DNA of 64,000 bases from Balanoglossus misakiensis (GCA_040954595.2 CM082595.2:8538317-8602316), one strand, 5' to 3'. Positions 24,363 to 36,950 are shown, counted from the stretch's first letter. Numbers and translations are program-made. The notes: a model not told the origin generated them from the sequence alone.

Positions 24363-24878
24363 GGGTAAGCCTAATTCAAGATTCACGTTTCAAGATTCAC
24401 GTTTCATGTTCCACAGCCCAAGATGCATATTCTGATTCAGATTCCAGTCTTGTCTAATATGTTTATGCTGCCGTAACCAGGGGTGTGAACGATTGTTTAT
24501 TGTCCTCGATCCCCGCCCAAGCAAGGTTCCCCAAATATTGAAATTTACAGAAGGCATTGTTCCCTGCTGTTTTAGAGCTGTGAGTTAACTGCGTAGAGCT
24601 GCCGTTTGTCTACACAATGTTCTAAAAAAGCTGTCAAAGAGAATTTGGTCTGCTGCCAACAAATGACAGCTCAGAACAACCATTGCAGACCTGCAGATGA
24701 GCTGTGGATAGCTGACGCAGCTCTAAATCAGAGCTGCAGCAGCTCTCTGCAGATCTGCAGGTTTGGTAAGGGATGTAGATGGCGAAAGGACGTGACAAGA
24801 CTCGAATCTGAATCAGAATATGAATCTTGGGCTGTGGAACGTGAAACTTGAAACGTGAATCTTGAATTAGGCTTACCC
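24363..24878. mobile_element. Mutator-like MITE
   Basis: ~85-bp TIRs gggtaagcctaattcaagattcacg...; 9-bp TSD taattttta; right half also present at ~20061-20567. Confidence 0.7.
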
Positions 24879-25269
24879 TAATTTTTAATGGGTATATTCT
24901 TAATAACTCATCACCATGAATGATCATTTCAAAACTTAACAAGGCATATGGCTAAAGAGGATTCAGTGTTTGTGCACCTTCTATCTGCAATGCTGGATCT
25001 ATTGACAGTTTTCAAAGGGGTTTAAAGACTCGTCTTTTTATTCAGTACTTTCTATTTCATTCCATTGCTTTTTTGGTTAATAGGGACTGTCTTTCAGAAC
25101 TCTTTGGTTTGTTTCGTGTTTTTAAGTGTAATTTATTATCCTTTAAGCTTTCACTTGTTTTCTAATTTTATTATTTTCTGTAGAAAATGCGCTGAGATGT
25201 ATGTGTATTATGTTTGTCAGGAAATAAATAATAATAAAATTAAAAATAATAAACTATCTTTGATTTCAG

Positions 25270-25386
25270 ATGTCAATGAATGTATGGAGAGAGCAGATCT
25301 TTGTGAAGGCCAGTGTGTGAATACAGCAGGCTCTTTTTATTGCACTTGTGTTGTGGGATATTGATTGGTCAATTGAGAGTGTACAG
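25270..25386 (+). pseudogene. cbEGF exon type B, copy 2
   Basis: Same sequence as 20958-21074, including the stops. Confidence 0.85.
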
Positions 25387-25893
25387 GTAAGACCAGCACA
25401 ATATGTGGGCAACGAAAGGTCCTGTATCTGTAACTTTTGAATTTCTATGGCATAAATACCATACCTTTGATCCAACCTATAGCCTAATATATCTCGCCCT
25501 CTAACGACCGCTGAGATAAAAAACTTTCCCCTGATTACATCATACTCACCGAGTACATATACCACCTGTCCAGCCGTGAATATTCAGTATTATTATCTCA
25601 GCACGAGACAGCGGACATCTTCTCTCTTGAGGTGTTGGATTTTTGTCAAGAAGTGCTCAGCCCTTCGACCATTGCTGCTTTTCGCCTGAGGTTTTTCGAT
25701 TGGGGAAGTAGATAAGTAACGACTTATTTTCTAAACTGCTTGCTTGTGTTATTTTGGCACTTGCAAAGTTTGTTTTTCGGATTTTTCCCACACGTGTACG
25801 GGTCAGTGTGTAGGGCTTCTGCGGTATTGTCTTTTCATATAGCCTTCAGAAGCCATTTTTGCCCGTGCATTTTTTCGTGTTTTCACTGGAACC

Positions 25894-27645
25894 ATGACGG
25901 AGAGAGTTTCTGACACCGCGTCGCGGTCGTCTTCTCGTACTCCTTCGGAAATAGAAGACTCTCAACTGCCTATTCCGGGTCAAGCTTTCCATTCAGCGCA
26001 CTCTGAAGAGCCTGATGTTTTTTTCTGAGTTAGCTAGGGGGTCATCCCAAGATGGCGGCCATGCTTCTGCTAGGGCTTCGCTCGCTTCGAAGTGATCCAA
26101 GTTGGATTCATCAGCTGCTAGGACGGTTGCAGGAACTCCTGTTTTGCCGGTTTCTTCCTTTTTGGATGCAGCAGTTCCGGGTCCATCTCATTTGGGAGGT
26201 GTTTCATCGGCGCAAACTGTTCAGTCAGGTGTTTGGCCGAATTATGCAGGTATGTCTTCTAGGTATTTTCATACGGTTCCTACCTCCGTCTTGGCTAATC
26301 CAGTGCCTTCGACGTCCATAGGTAGTGCCGGTAGTGTGTGGGGAGGGCTTCACGGCCCACCCCCTATGTGTGTACCAGACCAATTAGCTTCGGGAGTCGC
26401 TCAGGCTGGTGGGAATTTTCCCCCTCCGGGCTTCCAACAGTTGTGGGGTTTCCCATGGACTTGTCCTCCCTCTAATTTGGCGGCACCACTTCAGTCCACA
26501 AGCTGGGGTATGCCTGCTCAAGCTAATCGGGTCTCTGTGTCGGGCCAAAATCCTGTGCACAGTGGTCACACTGTCCCTGCCCCTCCTATTTCCTCCTTCG
26601 ATGTTTCACAATCGGAGTCAGAGGGGCATGATGAGGACGAAGACAATTTGTCCGATCAGAGGAAACTAGTCGCGCCAGTCAATGGGCTGACGCGGTTATG
26701 CTAGTGTATAATACTGTACCCCCTGAGGAATGTCCCCCACCCACTGCTGAAGTGTCGGCAGAACAGCTGACGGCTTCTTTTGAACATGTGTTGGGTAAGG
26801 CAGCTGATCCGGTACACCGAAAGCTACCTTTTATTCCTCGTCTGTCGTCTCTGATAGACACGGTACATGCCGAGATTAACGGCACCAGGGACTTTTGTTA
26901 CACTGCTAACAAGAAACCTCGTTGTTACCCTCAAGGGATGTCAAGTCATGTTTTCCCATTGGTGTCTAGACCTCAGGGTAGTCGCGTGTTTGATCTTACA
27001 CGTGGACCATTCTACCACTCTGCACCAGCGGTTGATTAATCCGCAAAGCAGTTGGTAAGAAATAAAGAGGTTTTGAGGAATTATGTGATTAGGGCTGAGG
27101 ATTTTGCCCGCTTAGAGGCAACTACTCGTCTTTTCGCAAGGATCTCTAATTGCACTTTTCTGTTACTCTCAGCTTTAAGCAGAGAGCTTAAACCCATGCA
27201 GGAGGGTGAATCTACTCCTCAGATAGCAGAAAATTGGCAGCATGCCAAACTGTTGTTAACTGAAGCTGCTAAGGCTGTGGTTTATCAAGCAGAATTGAAT
27301 TCTCGTATGGCAGCGTCTCAAGTGTTGATGACGCGTGACCATCTTATCAGTCATCTTCCTTTGGAAAGGGAGGCAGCTCGTACTGCCCGTCTTCTCCCAT
27401 GGTCAGGTCCATTGGTTTTTAATGGGCAATTTGATGCTGTTCTTAGAACAAATGAGGAGTTGCTTAAGCAGAAGTTGGCTGTAGAACAGTTAGCAGTAGC
27501 ACAAGCTCAGTCTTCTGTCTCTGGGTTAAAGTTCACCGGCAAACGGAAGTTTGCTAGGAAGAGACCATTTAACAAGCAAAGGAAGGGTCAGCCCTTTCGT
27601 CAGCAGACTAAGCCCCCCAAAGTGGCTAGCAGCCAGCACAAGTGA
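25894..27645 (+). pseudogene. DIRS1 ORF1 (gag-like), disrupted
   Basis: ATG at 25894 followed by fragments 26102-26704, 26698-27039 and 27052-27645, separated by frameshifts or a stop; basic C-terminus. Confidence 0.6.
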
Positions 27646-29739
27646 CTACACAAGTCAGGACAAAGGGATAATGGGGTCACAATCTGTGACTATGCCCCAG
27701 ACACCATTGCCACAAGTAGCAGTTGGGGGTCGTCTGAAACATTTTGTCCAGGAATGGCAGAAAATTACAGACGACCAAACAGTCCTCTCTTTAGTTTCGG
27801 AAGGGGTTCGTCTGTTCTTCAGGACGTTTCCACCCCTTTCGTTGTATCCTCCAAGTCATTTGGTATCGCACCCTTCCCTCCTATGTGGAGGGCCATACAG
27901 GGGCTGTTGGAAAAAGGGGCCATTCAAAAGGTCCCTTTACCAGTTCAGGATACGGGGTTTTTCAGTCGTGTTTTCCTTATTCCAAAGAAATCACAGGGAT
28001 GGAGACCCATTTTGGACCTGAGCGTGCTCAATCAGTACATTATAATCGAGTCTTTCCGTATGGAAACCACTCGAACTATTCGTCAGGCTCTCTCCACGGG
28101 AGATTGGGCAACGACGATAGACTTGCAGGACGCTTATTTCCACATTCCTATCCATGCTCACTTCCAGAGGTACTTTCGCTTTGCGATAGGGAGCAAACTG
28201 TTCCAGTTTGTGGCTCTTCCGTTCGGTTTGGCCACTGCCCCGGCTATTTTTACACGGGTAGTAGGGGCGTTGATGGCTTTTCTTCATTCCCGAGCAGTAC
28301 AAGCCAATCCATACCTGGACGACTGGTTGCTACACAATTCCAGTTTCCAGTTGACACTGGCAGACACACAAACCACACTACGGGAGACCGTTCGTGTGGG
28401 GTTCATTCCGAGCACAGACAAGTCTTGTCTAATCCCCTCACAGAGGATCCAGTTCATTGGCATGGTCATGGATCTGTCCAAGGGTTTAGTTTTCCCTACG
28501 GAGGAAAACCTATTGAAATTAGAACAATAAGTGCATCGGATCAGTTCAGAGTCCATGGTCCAAGCAAGCACATTGCTCAGCATCCTGGGTCGCATGAACT
28601 TTCTAGCCGAGGCAATACCTTTAGGCAGACTACATATGAGGCCAATTCAACTGTTCCTGTTGGCTCATTGGAGGCCGGTATCCGGTCAGTTGACAGACCT
28701 TATTCAGGTAAAGCCACCTCTAGTTTCACACCTGCAATGGTGGCTAGACAGGGGGAATACTCTCGAGGGAAATCTCCTAGTATCCCCGTTGGCGACGGTG
28801 TCACTGTTTGTGGACGCATCTCTCCAAGGATGGGGTGCACACTTGGGAGACAGGACAATTTCAGGGATATGGTCAGTCGACCAGTCAGTGCGGCACATAA
28901 ATTGGTTGGAAATGAAGGCAGTACAGTTGGCACTTCTCCACTTTCACCAAGACTTTTGCGGCAAGGTGATTCTGATCAGGTCAGACAACACCACAGTAGT
29001 CGCATTTATAAATCACCAGGGCGGCACCAGATCACCCAGCCTGTGTTATCTGGTATGGGACATGCTGAATTGGTGCCAGGCGAACAGCATCACGCTGAAA
29101 GCACTCCACGTTCAGGGCACAAGCAACATTCTGGCAGATGCTCTATCACGGGACAAGTTCTATCCACTAGAGTGCGCTCTACGGCAACCGCTAGTAGAGC
29201 AGATTTGTCTGATTTGGGACAGGCCCCACGTAGACCTATTTGCGACAGCCAAGAATCGCAAGTTCCCGATTTACACGTCACTAAGGTCGGAACCACAAGC
29301 ACTAGCATGCGACGCTCTGTCAATCAGCTGGAAGGGAATGTTGGCATATGCATTTCCCCCACTACCGTTGATCTCCAGGGTAATTTCCAAGGTAGCACAC
29401 GAAGAATGCGAAATACTTCTAGTTGCACCACTATGGCCAACACGTCCTTGGTTTCCAAGACTACTCCAGTTACTGGTGGACTGTCCACTGACATTACCAC
29501 AGAATTGCATGGAGGAGACTGTTCGGCTGCCTCCGGTAGCACAACACCTTCACCTCCACGCTTGGAGACTATCAAGCTCAGTTTGCAGGCAAGAGGCTTT
29601 TCTGCAGAAGCTGCCTCGCGCATCGCACAACACCGACGAGCATCCACCACGGCAGCATATGATTCAAAGTGGTGTTCCTTTCGTCATTGGTGTGAGAAAA
29701 GGTCGATTGATTTTCTCAGACCCACGCCTCCTCAGCTAG
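27551..29739 (+). pseudogene. DIRS1 RT / RNase H / methyltransferase-like ORF (frameshift ~27850, TAA at 28528)
   Basis: VGGRL, RPILDL, DLQDAYFH, LPFGL, YLDDWL; VDAS, HINWLE, SDN, ADALSR; DLFAT, YAFPP, APLWP. Confidence 0.9.
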
Positions 29740-30629
29740 CAGATTTTTTCCTCTACTTGTTTAAGGAGAAAAAGACAGCAGTGAGCACTATTAAGGCGTA
29801 CCGTTCAGCTATAGGTAACACACTTCGATTGTTGGGTGAGGAAGTTACTACCCTGGACGGGTCTATTTCTGCTTTGATTAGTAATTTCTCTTTGGCGCGA
29901 CCAGTTGTAAAGTCACTGGTTCCCCAGTGGAGTTTATCTTTGGTTCTACATGCTTTATTAGGAGCTCCATTTGAACCTTTGCAAACAGCAGAGATGAAGT
30001 TCTTGACGTACAAGACTGTTTTTCTTTTGGCATTAGCTACGGCAGGTCGCCGTAGTGAGCTTCATGCCCTGTCTATGGCTTCAGCTCATATTCGTTGGTC
30101 AGCAGACAGTGTCACTTTGCTTACTGACCCAGCTTTCTTGGCAAAGAATCGGATTGCGGATCTGCCACAATCGCCTCTGGTTATTCCGAAACTGACGAAG
30201 TTAGTCGGTCAGCGTTCAGAGGATAGGTTGCTCTGTCCTATCAGAGCACTGAAGTATTATTTGCAGAGAACAAAAGACAGGAGGGGAGAGCAGACAAGAC
30301 TGTTTATCTCCATTAGGGTTACACCCAGTATGTCTATTTCACAGTCGACTATTTCCAGATGGATCGTCGAGACTATTAAGTTTGCTTATTCTAGCCCTTC
30401 AGAAGAAGCAATTAGCTGGGCTAAGGTGTCAGCTCATGAAGTCAGAGCTCTTGCTGCTTCATGGTCACTTTTTTCAGGGACTTCCATGGCTGATTTATTG
30501 TCTGCAGTCCAGTGGAGATCACAGATTACTTTTTCCTCTGCTTATCTGCGAGATATGGCAGCGGAAGCAGATGGCTTATTTTCCTTGGGTCCTATCTGTG
30601 TAGCTCAAAGGGTAGCTCACAGTAAGTAA
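27885..30629 (+). CDS. DIRS1 tyrosine recombinase ORF overlapping the RT/RH region
   Basis: 914-aa open frame; C-terminal ~360 aa carry RRSELHAL, CPIRAL, AHEVRA and WRS..F..AY. Confidence 0.9.
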   Translation: MEGHTGAVGKRGHSKGPFTSSGYGVFQSCFPYSKEITGMETHFGPERAQSVHYNRVFPYGNHSNYSSGSLHGRLGNDDRLAGRLFPHSYPCSLPEVLSLCDREQTVPVCGSSVRFGHCPGYFYTGSRGVDGFSSFPSSTSQSIPGRLVATQFQFPVDTGRHTNHTTGDRSCGVHSEHRQVLSNPLTEDPVHWHGHGSVQGFSFPYGGKPIEIRTISASDQFRVHGPSKHIAQHPGSHELSSRGNTFRQTTYEANSTVPVGSLEAGIRSVDRPYSGKATSSFTPAMVARQGEYSRGKSPSIPVGDGVTVCGRISPRMGCTLGRQDNFRDMVSRPVSAAHKLVGNEGSTVGTSPLSPRLLRQGDSDQVRQHHSSRIYKSPGRHQITQPVLSGMGHAELVPGEQHHAESTPRSGHKQHSGRCSITGQVLSTRVRSTATASRADLSDLGQAPRRPICDSQESQVPDLHVTKVGTTSTSMRRSVNQLEGNVGICISPTTVDLQGNFQGSTRRMRNTSSCTTMANTSLVSKTTPVTGGLSTDITTELHGGDCSAASGSTTPSPPRLETIKLSLQARGFSAEAASRIAQHRRASTTAAYDSKWCSFRHWCEKRSIDFLRPTPPQLADFFLYLFKEKKTAVSTIKAYRSAIGNTLRLLGEEVTTLDGSISALISNFSLARPVVKSLVPQWSLSLVLHALLGAPFEPLQTAEMKFLTYKTVFLLALATAGRRSELHALSMASAHIRWSADSVTLLTDPAFLAKNRIADLPQSPLVIPKLTKLVGQRSEDRLLCPIRALKYYLQRTKDRRGEQTRLFISIRVTPSMSISQSTISRWIVETIKFAYSSPSEEAISWAKVSAHEVRALAASWSLFSGTSMADLLSAVQWRSQITFSSAYLRDMAAEADGLFSLGPICVAQRVAHSK

Positions 30630-31178
30630 TAGCCTGGTTCTTTCTGTTGGAATTTTGTTTTTTCGGTTCAAGTCCCACCGCCAGTTGTTCCTTGGGACTC
30701 TGTAGGCTATAGGTTGGATCAAAGGTATGGTATTTATGCCATAAAAACAAAAAATTTTCTATTTTCGTTTCTGTTAGTAAATACTTACCTTTGATCCAAC
30801 CAGATACCCACCCGCCTCCCCACACTTGACCTGTGACTGTTTTTCCATTATTCATAAATTTTGGATGGGTCCTCAGTGCACGGGCAGCATAGTTTCGGCC
30901 TGAGCAGTTATTTCTCGTGCTGAGCAATACTGAATATTCACGGCTGGACAGGTGGTATATGTACTCGGTGAGTATGACGTAATCAGGGGAAAGTTTTTTA
31001 TCTCAGCGGTCGTTAGAGGGCGAGATATATTAGGCTATAGGTTGGATCAAAGGTAAGTATTTACTAACAGAAACGAAAATAGAAAATTTTTTGTTTTTAT
31101 TCAATATTATTCTGGGTGTCACCCATCATTTCTTGTTCAGCTCGGTGAAGCTAGGTAAGCAATGTTGTTATTGTTTAA

Positions 31179-31780
31179 AGCCTCAGTATTTCTCGTAGGG
31201 GCAAAATTTTGTTTGAAACGGCATCTATAATTTCTAAAAGTAGATGATAATTGATACTGAATCGAACAGTCATCATCCCCAGCTCTGCTCATAAACTCAT
31301 ACAATTTACAATATAACGAGTGAAGAATAACTTTCTGTCCGGACAGAAAGTCACGTGAGTCAGGCTCCTGTTGACACACGTGACTAGTGCGCATGCGCAC
31401 TCCAATGTGAATCTATGCGGAAGAGGTTTGGTCGCCCCAAATCAAGCGACTCAGCGAAGAAATGCGCACTAATTCGGCGAAATTTTGGGAAGATAACTTT
31501 ATGGGAGAAATCAGTCGATGGAACCAGATCAAATCCGAAAATGGTCTGACCATCAAATGTCAAAGTGGCACGTTTGCTGATCGACGTGTACAACATTTCC
31601 GTTGTAAACAAACCCGCGCATCATTTCAAGTGTTACGGAAAATATTTACAGCTTGCATGTAGCTGCAGTTGCCCAAACCTTTCTTCTATCTTCATTATGT
31701 AGTATTCCATGATGAATGTACAGGAAAAACGGGCATTTTTCGATGATGAAAAATGGATACACACGAGAAATACTGGGGCT
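31179..31780. mobile_element. Kolobok-like MITE (TTAA TSD)
   Basis: ttaa|agcctcagtatttctcgt ... acgagaaatactggggct|ttaa; empty site at ~21210 and ~47370. Confidence 0.8.
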
Positions 31781-32879
31781 TTAAACATTGTATTCAAGCC
31801 TGGGTCTGGACTTGGATGCAATTTGTCAATAATAACAGTGATTGGTAACTGCATGTTTTCATAACTGGCTATCTGTTAAAGAGACCAGCTGTTCTTTTTG
31901 CTGTGTGTACAGTACACATGCCATTGGCAGCTTATGGCTTAGTCAGTGTTTGCCTGTTGATTTCTCTATGTGTGTGTGTCAGTCTGTCTGTATATGTACT
32001 CCGGTGTAGACTTTTTTATTGTGTTATCCCTGAATGGGACCACTGTGTCCTTAACGCGATGTTTTACACTCAGCAGCGATAATTTGTCTAACACGAGCAA
32101 AAATATCCCCAACTCGTCTGAGAAATCTTATACCAGGTCCTAAGGTTGTGAGATTTATGGAATCTCACACTCCCAAGACTTGGGATCATATTTCTCACAT
32201 GTGTTGAGGATTTTCTGTCCCAAACAAGCTGCAGGCGAGTGTTGGACAAAATATCCCTGACGAGTGTGAGAAATATGATCCCAGGTCCTTCATGTATGAG
32301 ATTATATTTCTCATACGGCCACAAATTAGCCAAATTCATCTGAAAACATTGAATAAATGACTCTTGAACTGTCATCTGGCATGTTGTAGTTTCTGTATCG
32401 CGTCATAGGATAACATTTAACACACGTTATTAAAGAACACTTTGTCATCCAATCAGCGATCGCGTCATATAAAGCTTTCAATTCAGTGAGAATGTGGGAT
32501 TGATTTGTTCTCACACTCTGATCCCACACTCTCAGCATGCCAGGAGTGTGAGAATCTATTTAGATCTACGAGTTTGAAATCTTAGGTGAAGAGTTTATCA
32601 ATTTCACTGCCAACCCTGTAGGGCATTCTGGGATATGTGTTCATGCCAAAGCACAAACAGTTATGACCTGACAGCTCAGTTTGTAAATCATTTCTACAAA
32701 TCCACAAAGAGACTCAAAGTTTAGAAAAGTTGTGTCTGTTAGAAATATTAGAAATATTACTGTTAATACTTAATTTCAAAGCCATGTGAATTTGTTCACT
32801 TTAGGGAAATTTTTAAAGGAAGGGAGGATTGGTATTGACTTGAATAATTACAATGGATGTTTTTGTTCTCTATTTTCAG

Positions 32880-33002
32880 ATGTGAATAATGAGTGTTCAG
32901 ATTCTGTTTGTGCTGGAGGGTGTCTCAATGCAGAGGGTGGATTCAGCTGTAATTGTGGTGATGATGGTTTCTCTCTGAGTGCAGATCATGTCAATTGTTT
33001 AG
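32880..33002 (+). pseudogene. cbEGF exon type C, copy 1
   Basis: DVNNECSDSVCAGGCLNAEGGFSCNCGDDGFSLSADHVNCL; AG/GT-bounded, 123 bp, open. Confidence 0.8.
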
Positions 33003-33433
33003 GTAAGTTTTTTTTGAGTGGGGAGGGGATAGACCAACAATTGCTTTGCATTTCCTGCCTCAAAAGGGCGCTTACACAAGTTGTAAGTGGCAAAGATTAC
33101 AGCGAGTCACCATGTAAAAAAATAAATAAATAAAAGTTATCAGGCACTTTCCAAAGTTACACATTTAGAAAAAAATGAGTTTGTTGTCTCGTGTGTGATA
33201 TTTTTGGCTAACAAAACACTAGCGTCTAATGTGGTTACTACATTGTTTGTTTATCAGTATACAGTACTGGTACAGATAAACATATGATATGACCAAGTTA
33301 TATGCCAGATGATATTTATCAAGTTTCACACAATTTTGCTCTCTTGTCGTATATTTTTTTCAAAGCCAACTGTACATGTAATTCAGATGTATTCATTCAA
33401 ACACAATTTATCATATTTGTGTTTTCCCCACAG

Positions 33434-33559
33434 ATGACAATGAGTGCGATCAAGCTGGTTGGTCACCGTGCCAACAAGTATGTTACAACACACCAGCCAG
33501 TTACCAGTGTGGTTGTAGACCAGGATTTAAGTTGCACAGAAATCAACATATATGTGTTG
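33434..33559 (+). pseudogene. cbEGF exon type D, copy 1
   Basis: [42 protein letters not shown]; AG/GT-bounded, 126 bp, open. Confidence 0.8.
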
Positions 33560-34439
33560 GTGAGTATCTACAATTTGGAGAGAAAGTAAGATGTATGTGT
33601 TTGTACTATGTAAGTGTCTAATACATGTACATGTATATGTGACACTGAAATCATACATTGTACAGTCAGTCATTGGTAAATGTCTGCTATTCATGACACA
33701 AATCAACATACAGTCAAACCTGTCTGAGTGGCCACCTCTATGAAACAGCCACATATATATAGTGGCCACTTTATTCTGGTCCCTGTGTAATTTACATCCG
33801 CTTTAATTGACTTTTCTACCAGGTATAATGGCCACCTGTCTATAAAGGCCAGTTTAGGAAAGTCCCTTCACTAGCCATAATGGGCAGGTTTGACTGCACT
33901 TGTGTTAATTTCTGTCTGTTATACATGTAACAGAACACTTCATGAATCATGACATTATAGGCGTTTTCATAAAGAGGGCACACTTCCAAAATAAGGTGTC
34001 ATCTCCAAGCAGACAATGTGAAAAAGGAGGCCAGTAGGTTACAGAGTACTGCTTGAGCTCATCTAGTTTGTTGTATACATGATACAAATTGCGTGTAAAA
34101 CTGACCTTACAATAAAATGTGGCTGTCGAAAGTCAGTCCCAACTATAGTGTTGATACACAAGACAATTGAGTTTTTACTCTGGCCTCGTGTTCGCGTCTT
34201 GGAAGGGTAACATGACTGCATAGCAATGTTTTATTACAATTTGATACATAGAGAAATGGACTACTGTGACAGTATTGACTCTGGGAACTATGTAAATGAT
34301 TCCCAGCCTCAAAATTCTGACTGTCTACAATTATATTTTTTAGCATTTTTGTTGTGTATATCAACTGCACTTTCAAGTACAGTCAAACCCGTCTAACACC
34401 AAAGGGACTGAAGAAATTATTCAGATTGCAGGTGTCCAA

Positions 34440-36950
34440 TTTAAATTTTCTCTCCTGTCACAAAAATTTCATGGGAATTCTAATTCTAAAAGGAAAACTC
34501 ATTTGATAAAAGATCTCAAAGTCAAGTTTTGGATGTGGCTCCAGTTCAAGTATTGTATGTGATTAATTTTCTGGAGCTCAAGTCTGTATACTTAAAGTAG
34601 AGTTGGTCACATGGACTTGGGTAATCTGAGTGTGGTCAGAAATTGAACTTACACACATTGATTGAGTTAAGAACATGTCTGGTGTATTACTGTAATATGA
34701 CTAGATACTGCAAATGCATTAACTATAAGCGTTTGTTAAAATATGCAGTTTTCATCGACATATATGATTCACAAAATTAAATACACATGTTCATTAAAAC
34801 CCACTATGATAGAGCGCCCCCACTGTTCCGAATGTCAATGTTGAAGTCCTACATCTATGACGTCATGCCTAGCTGTCAATGTTAACTGATATGTACTTGT
34901 ACTACTAGTAAATGGAAGTACTTTAAAGTAAAGCTCAGATGCAAGGGTTTTGTAAAATAAATATAATATTAAAACGTTGCCATCATTTTAGTCCTTTGGA
35001 ACAGCGGTCCAATTGACTAATGTGATCACTCTGTGTGCGGCATATGGCATATTAAGCATTTAGCATTTTTCAATCAGAAGCCGTTAATCCTGTGATTAAT
35101 TCTGCTTCTTGCAACATTGATTTTAAATCACCACACATGAATATTTTTGTCCAAAGGACTGTGGTGCCCAAGTTTTTATGATGAAATAATCAAACAGTGA
35201 AATTCACTGAAGAAGTGTGTGAGCACTTGCCCTATCATTGTTCAATGAAAGGTGACCACCAAACTCAGCAAGGAGAATTCATCTGACGCCTTGAGCATAC
35301 CACCAACAACAACCAATGTATTGAAAATACTTTCTGAAACCTTTCAGTCGATGTTGCTTGATGTATATTGTATGACTGGACTCAATCATTAGGTTTTTTT
35401 GCATTGACATTTTCAACAGCGTATCAAACTATTTTTTATTTGAGTTCATCATCGTAGTGATGGTACGTGCCATGCTTTTGTTTCTTCGTGTGTGAAGTGA
35501 CATCATTGTTGACAGTTACAATCTGATCAGGTGACATGCCACATTGGTATATTTTGTCAACATCAACAGTATTGTTTTAATGTGGTTGACTGACATCACT
35601 TGGGGTTGGATAAAGTGCTTTCTGAGCAATATTATAACAGCAGCTATCAAGAATGTAAAAAATATTGAAAACAGGCCATATCCTTAGCATTCCCTTTCAT
35701 ATTGTGTCTGCATTGCAATTGGTGATGTACAAAGTCCTTTTGACAACATGCATGGCTGGTTTATTGTTGTTTTTTGTAAGAAACAAGTCTTTGATTTCCT
35801 GACTGCTAATTGCTGTCTTTGTACTACACTTCTAGTAATATCTCCATATCTAGCTTTGCACCTCACATTTAATAAATAGACTTTTGGATGTTTTGACACT
35901 TCTTGACAATGAAAGTGTATGGTTGCAGTGATCAAATGATACACAAATCAAAGGAACAAAGAGTGACTTTTCATTCTTTTGAGAACCTTGCATTCTTATA
36001 TTTAAATGCTTGCCCACTGGCCCTAGGTGTAAAATAGCAAAATTTTATCCATTTACTATATTAAAAAAATATTGTGCCAAAGAGTTGGAAGTCCAAATAT
36101 CTTTACTTAATAATTTAATACTTTAATAATTACTCACAGTTTCCCTTAAGGTTTGGCCAACCTCTGGTGAAAGGATGACTTGTGATATAGTGTTTTAAAT
36201 TGGAATATAATATGAGGTTATTACGAAAATACCGCAAAGTATGCACAAGGACATTAGCGCCAAGTATCTCCCGACGCGTAGCGGAGGGTGATGCGCTGCG
36301 CTAATGTCCGAGTGCATACTTTGCGGTATTTTTGTAATAACCTTATTATTATACATCTTACATCTCCGTTAGTTCTTGTGTTGCATGTTACTTGGCTTTT
36401 AAAACGCCCAAAATGCCGATACAATCGATCGTAAACCGCTCAGCTGAAACAGTGAGCAGCCTTCTTTCTTTTTTGTTACGTGCGTTGGAGCGGGGGTGTC
36501 TTGAAACCGTCTGCATAACAACACATACCTGTACAAAGTGAGTTGGGGTGCCTTGAAACTTGGGGCGTATTTAACACGCGTTACGTATGTACTATTCCGT
36601 ACAGCTTTTTTAGTGCACGCTAAATTCTACTGTTCTCGGTGCCAGATGTATAATAAATACATATATTTTAAATATTTCATATTTTCAATCTAAAAGAGGG
36701 AGCTGCTTCCTCAAAATATAATTGACTGTCAGAATGAAAGGCAAGCAATTCAGGCAAGTTAACTCTAACACAACAACTCTTCAATTAAATAATTGACATC
36801 AGACAACCACAAAGGCGATATTCAATTAATTTGTATGAATTCAAATGCAGTTAACAGATTTAAAATTACTGGTAGGCGTAGATTTTGTCAGCGTTTTCCT
36901 TCATGAGTTACTTTGCTATTAGTTTGTTCTGTGTAGTTGAATTGAACAGT
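34440..36950 (+). repeat. Non-coding block duplicated at ~49410-51555
   Basis: Collinear high similarity from ctgtcacaaaaatt to gaacagtg. Confidence 0.85.
36207..36656. mobile_element. Non-autonomous hairpin-ended element (Crypton-like architecture)
   Basis: Hairpin ~36207-36350 centred on cgacgcGTAgcggag; IR 36346-36358 / 36644-36656; absent in the paralog at ~51250. Confidence 0.8.

Larger units (their letters stand above)
25442..31100 (+). mobile_element. DIRS1-type YR retrotransposon (ITRs + ICR)
   Basis: Left ITR ~25462-25608 inverted with right ITR 30913-31055; right extension to ~31100; ICR 30703-30801 complementary to both termini; empty site tgaatttttattcaa at ~21126 and ~47287. 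Confidence 0.95.

Noticed and set aside
10959-30629. YR ORFs as prophage or bacterial integrases
   Set aside because: Context is spliceosomal exons, RT/RNase H ORFs and eukaryotic TE end structures
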